Part shown: one piece after another, positions 57,453-59,109 of the stretch | Layout: every line of letters begins with the position of its first letter | How positions within the stretch are numbered: the stretch's first letter is position 1 | IMG/VR virus record: IMGVR_UViG_3300029992_000006 | Span: 1 to 59,109 of that record | DNA length: 59,109 nucleotides | Direction: 5' to 3' (one strand) | Origin: a virus | Taxonomy: Duplodnaviria; Caudoviricetes | Program-made: the position numbers and the translations under genes | The notes under the pieces: model-generated | Database searches by the model: none | The model's input: only the letters and a program-made list of their open reading frames with translations | Told to the model about the DNA's origin: nothing

Positions 57453-57698
57453 ATGGCATCAGCACTCACCAAGGCGCAGCTGGAAGCGGAGAACGCAGCA
57501 CTACGCGCAGAGATCGCGACATTGAAGGAGCAGGCGCTCAATGCTGCGTCAGTAGCAAGCTCCGTCAACCGGATGCACAAGCAGGCATCGGGTGCGCCGC
57601 AATACGTCAAACCCCAGTGGCAGATAGATCGTGCTGCCGCCATGGAAGCAGCGCGCGCGTTGGCGATGACCAAGCACGTCATTGCCAAGGTTGGGTAA
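57453..57698 (+). CDS. early hypothetical protein
   Basis: AAGGAG before ATG57453. Confidence 0.75.
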   Translation: MASALTKAQLEAENAALRAEIATLKEQALNAASVASSVNRMHKQASGAPQYVKPQWQIDRAAAMEAARALAMTKHVIAKVG

Positions 57699-57700
57699 TT

Positions 57701-57749
57701 CTGCAAGGACGCGGTAAGGCTGCGTCCTTGCTCTTTTTGCTTTTGTGTT
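57701..57749 (+). terminator. hairpin plus T-rich tail, copy 1 of a 49-bp repeat
   Basis: GCAAGGACGCGG-TAAGG-CTGCGTCCTTGC-TCTTTTT. Confidence 0.7.
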
Positions 57750-57769
57750 CATTACCTAGGAGAACGAAC

Positions 57770-57925
57770 ATGGAATACATCAACGTGTGGGCAGACGGGT
57801 CGTGGTGCTTCGACTCAGAACTATCAGAAATGAAACACAGGAGCGATGACGTTACGCGCGTAGCAATCCCAGATGGTGCGTGCGACGAACAGATGGACGA
57901 GTTGGCGATGAGCGCTGTTTCTTAA
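57770..57925 (+). CDS. small acidic early protein
   Basis: AGGAG before ATG57770. Confidence 0.7.
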   Translation: MEYINVWADGSWCFDSELSEMKHRSDDVTRVAIPDGACDEQMDELAMSAVS

Positions 57926-57928
57926 ACC

Positions 57929-57977
57929 CTGCAAGGACGCGGTAAGGCTGCGTCCTTGCTCTTTTTGCTTTTGTGTT
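57929..57977 (+). terminator. hairpin plus T-rich tail, copy 2 (identical)
   Basis: Exact 49-bp match to 57701-57749. Confidence 0.7.
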
Positions 57978-58011
57978 GTTCCCTATCATTCAATCACTCA
58001 GGAGAATCATC

Positions 58012-58476
58012 ATGGCCACAGCTGTACAAACTAAAGTAATCGAAGCAATGCGCAACGCAAAGAAACAACCGATTGATCTCGGCGCAAATCTCAATCAACC
58101 AAAACCAGTTGCTGCTACCGAAGCAGAGTTGGCCGAACCAAGCATGGCGCAGATCGTTTGGGATTTGACGCGCAACATGATGCCGAGCACACGCAGCATC
58201 ATCGCATACGTCGCGCACATTTCGATCCTCACCGTCGGCACCATCGGCGCGTGGAGTTTGGTCAACTCGATGTTGGTCGGGGCGGTTGCGTTGAGCGGCG
58301 GGATGTTCTTGGCCTTCGTGGTTGGCTTGCTCGCGATGTGCATCGCGGTGTGGGCCGCGTCGAAGCTCGGTCACGTCGCGGCTGGATATATTTCCTCCGG
58401 TGCGATTGATCGCCATCTGTCGAACGCTAAAGAATCGGTGCTCGGAATATTTCGCGCAGCACCTAAGACAGCGTAA
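58012..58476 (+). CDS. early membrane protein
   Basis: AGGAG SD; 2-3 hydrophobic segments. Confidence 0.75.
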   Translation: MATAVQTKVIEAMRNAKKQPIDLGANLNQPKPVAATEAELAEPSMAQIVWDLTRNMMPSTRSIIAYVAHISILTVGTIGAWSLVNSMLVGAVALSGGMFLAFVVGLLAMCIAVWAASKLGHVAAGYISSGAIDRHLSNAKESVLGIFRAAPKTA

Positions 58477-58522
58477 CTAAAACTCAGGCCGCAGAACATC
58501 GCGGCCAGTTAAGGAGAGCATC

Positions 58523-58813
58523 ATGATTATAGAAAGTGGTTTGATCGTAGCACTCGGACTCACGTTCATGTGGTTCAAGTGCCCATGGAAAAAAAGAATG
58601 TGGATGCTATCGAATCCTTTGCTAATGGATGTCATAGTTTTCATAATGTTGAACATTTTACATTGGGGCTCATTTTCTGGTGTGATGGTCGCAGCGACTG
58701 GTTCTCTGATTTGTTCTGGACTCATAACTGTCGGACGTAAATGTCTCGGGCACATTGATGCACGGATTTATTATCCGGGGATTTGGCAAGTGGATGCAGA
58801 GGAGTTGAGATGA
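58523..58813 (+). CDS. small membrane protein
   Basis: TAAGGAG SD; hydrophobic; LHWGSFSGVM. Confidence 0.75.
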   Translation: MIIESGLIVALGLTFMWFKCPWKKRMWMLSNPLLMDVIVFIMLNILHWGSFSGVMVAATGSLICSGLITVGRKCLGHIDARIYYPGIWQVDAEELR

Positions 58814-58980
58814 CCAACGACACAGCGGAGATAGGCAGACTACGGATCGAAACCATATATGCGCGGCTGGTCGTTGTGAAGAACACCATCACCGACAAGC
58901 AGTACGCATTGAAACAGCTTCGACTCGCGATGGAAGAAATCAAAATCATGTTTGGCGAAAAACCGAATGAACAATTCTGA
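58810..58980 (+). CDS. hypothetical protein
   Basis: GGAG before ATG58810. Confidence 0.6.
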   Translation: MTNDTAEIGRLRIETIYARLVVVKNTITDKQYALKQLRLAMEEIKIMFGEKPNEQF

Positions 58981-59109
58981 ATACTACTACGACGCACCTC
59001 AAGACGACGAAGACGTGCTTGAGGTGAATTGCATCGACCCGGAACGTCAGTACAGCGGCGACCCATTCGACATCATCGCAGCGATGGAAGAGGAAACAGG
59101 ATGCCCACT
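58967..59109 (+). CDS. acidic hypothetical protein, truncated by the window end
   Basis: MNNSEYYYDAPQDDEDV... open to the end. Confidence 0.5.
   Translation, partial: MNNSEYYYDAPQDDEDVLEVNCIDPERQYSGDPFDIIAAMEEETGCP

Noticed and set aside
1-59109. Terminal overlap indicating a complete circular genome; tRNA genes
   Set aside because: The ends do not match, expected primase and AAA genes are absent, and no cloverleaf was recognised

Overview
The window covers most of a GC-rich, tailed dsDNA phage genome, probably podovirus-like, temperate and infecting a proteobacterium. The + strand (1-19.4 kb) carries early and replication genes: a DUF3150-like protein, HExxH-peptidase/vWA protein, HNH-AP2 endonuclease, PD-(D/E)xK nuclease, SNF2-like helicase, family A DNA polymerase, DEDDh exonuclease, DUF6378-like protein and ATP-dependent ligase. 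An xis/xis/int module with an apparently intact attP sits inside this block. The - strand (19.7-57.1 kb) is the virion and lysis operon: terminases, portal, scaffold, N4-gp56-type capsid, fibres, lysis genes and large ejection proteins. A second + strand early block starts at about 57.4 kb and runs off the end. No primase, MoxR ATPase, RNA polymerase, reverse transcriptase, tRNA or CRISPR array was recognised. Most notable: (1) a three-copy cassette of a conserved 60-nt hairpin/peptide leader, a length-variable GGC-NNC (Gly-rich) tract and TAAGGAG in front of three unrelated genes, with the same tract vocabulary inside a late gene; (2) T25 and A19 runs, each between a stem-loop and a start codon; (3) a prepilin-type gene among virion genes; (4) a patatin phospholipase in the lysis cassette; (5) paralogous small structural genes paired with Gly-repeat filament proteins; (6) covarying hairpins before the first early genes. 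All family calls come from motif recognition by eye, not database searches.
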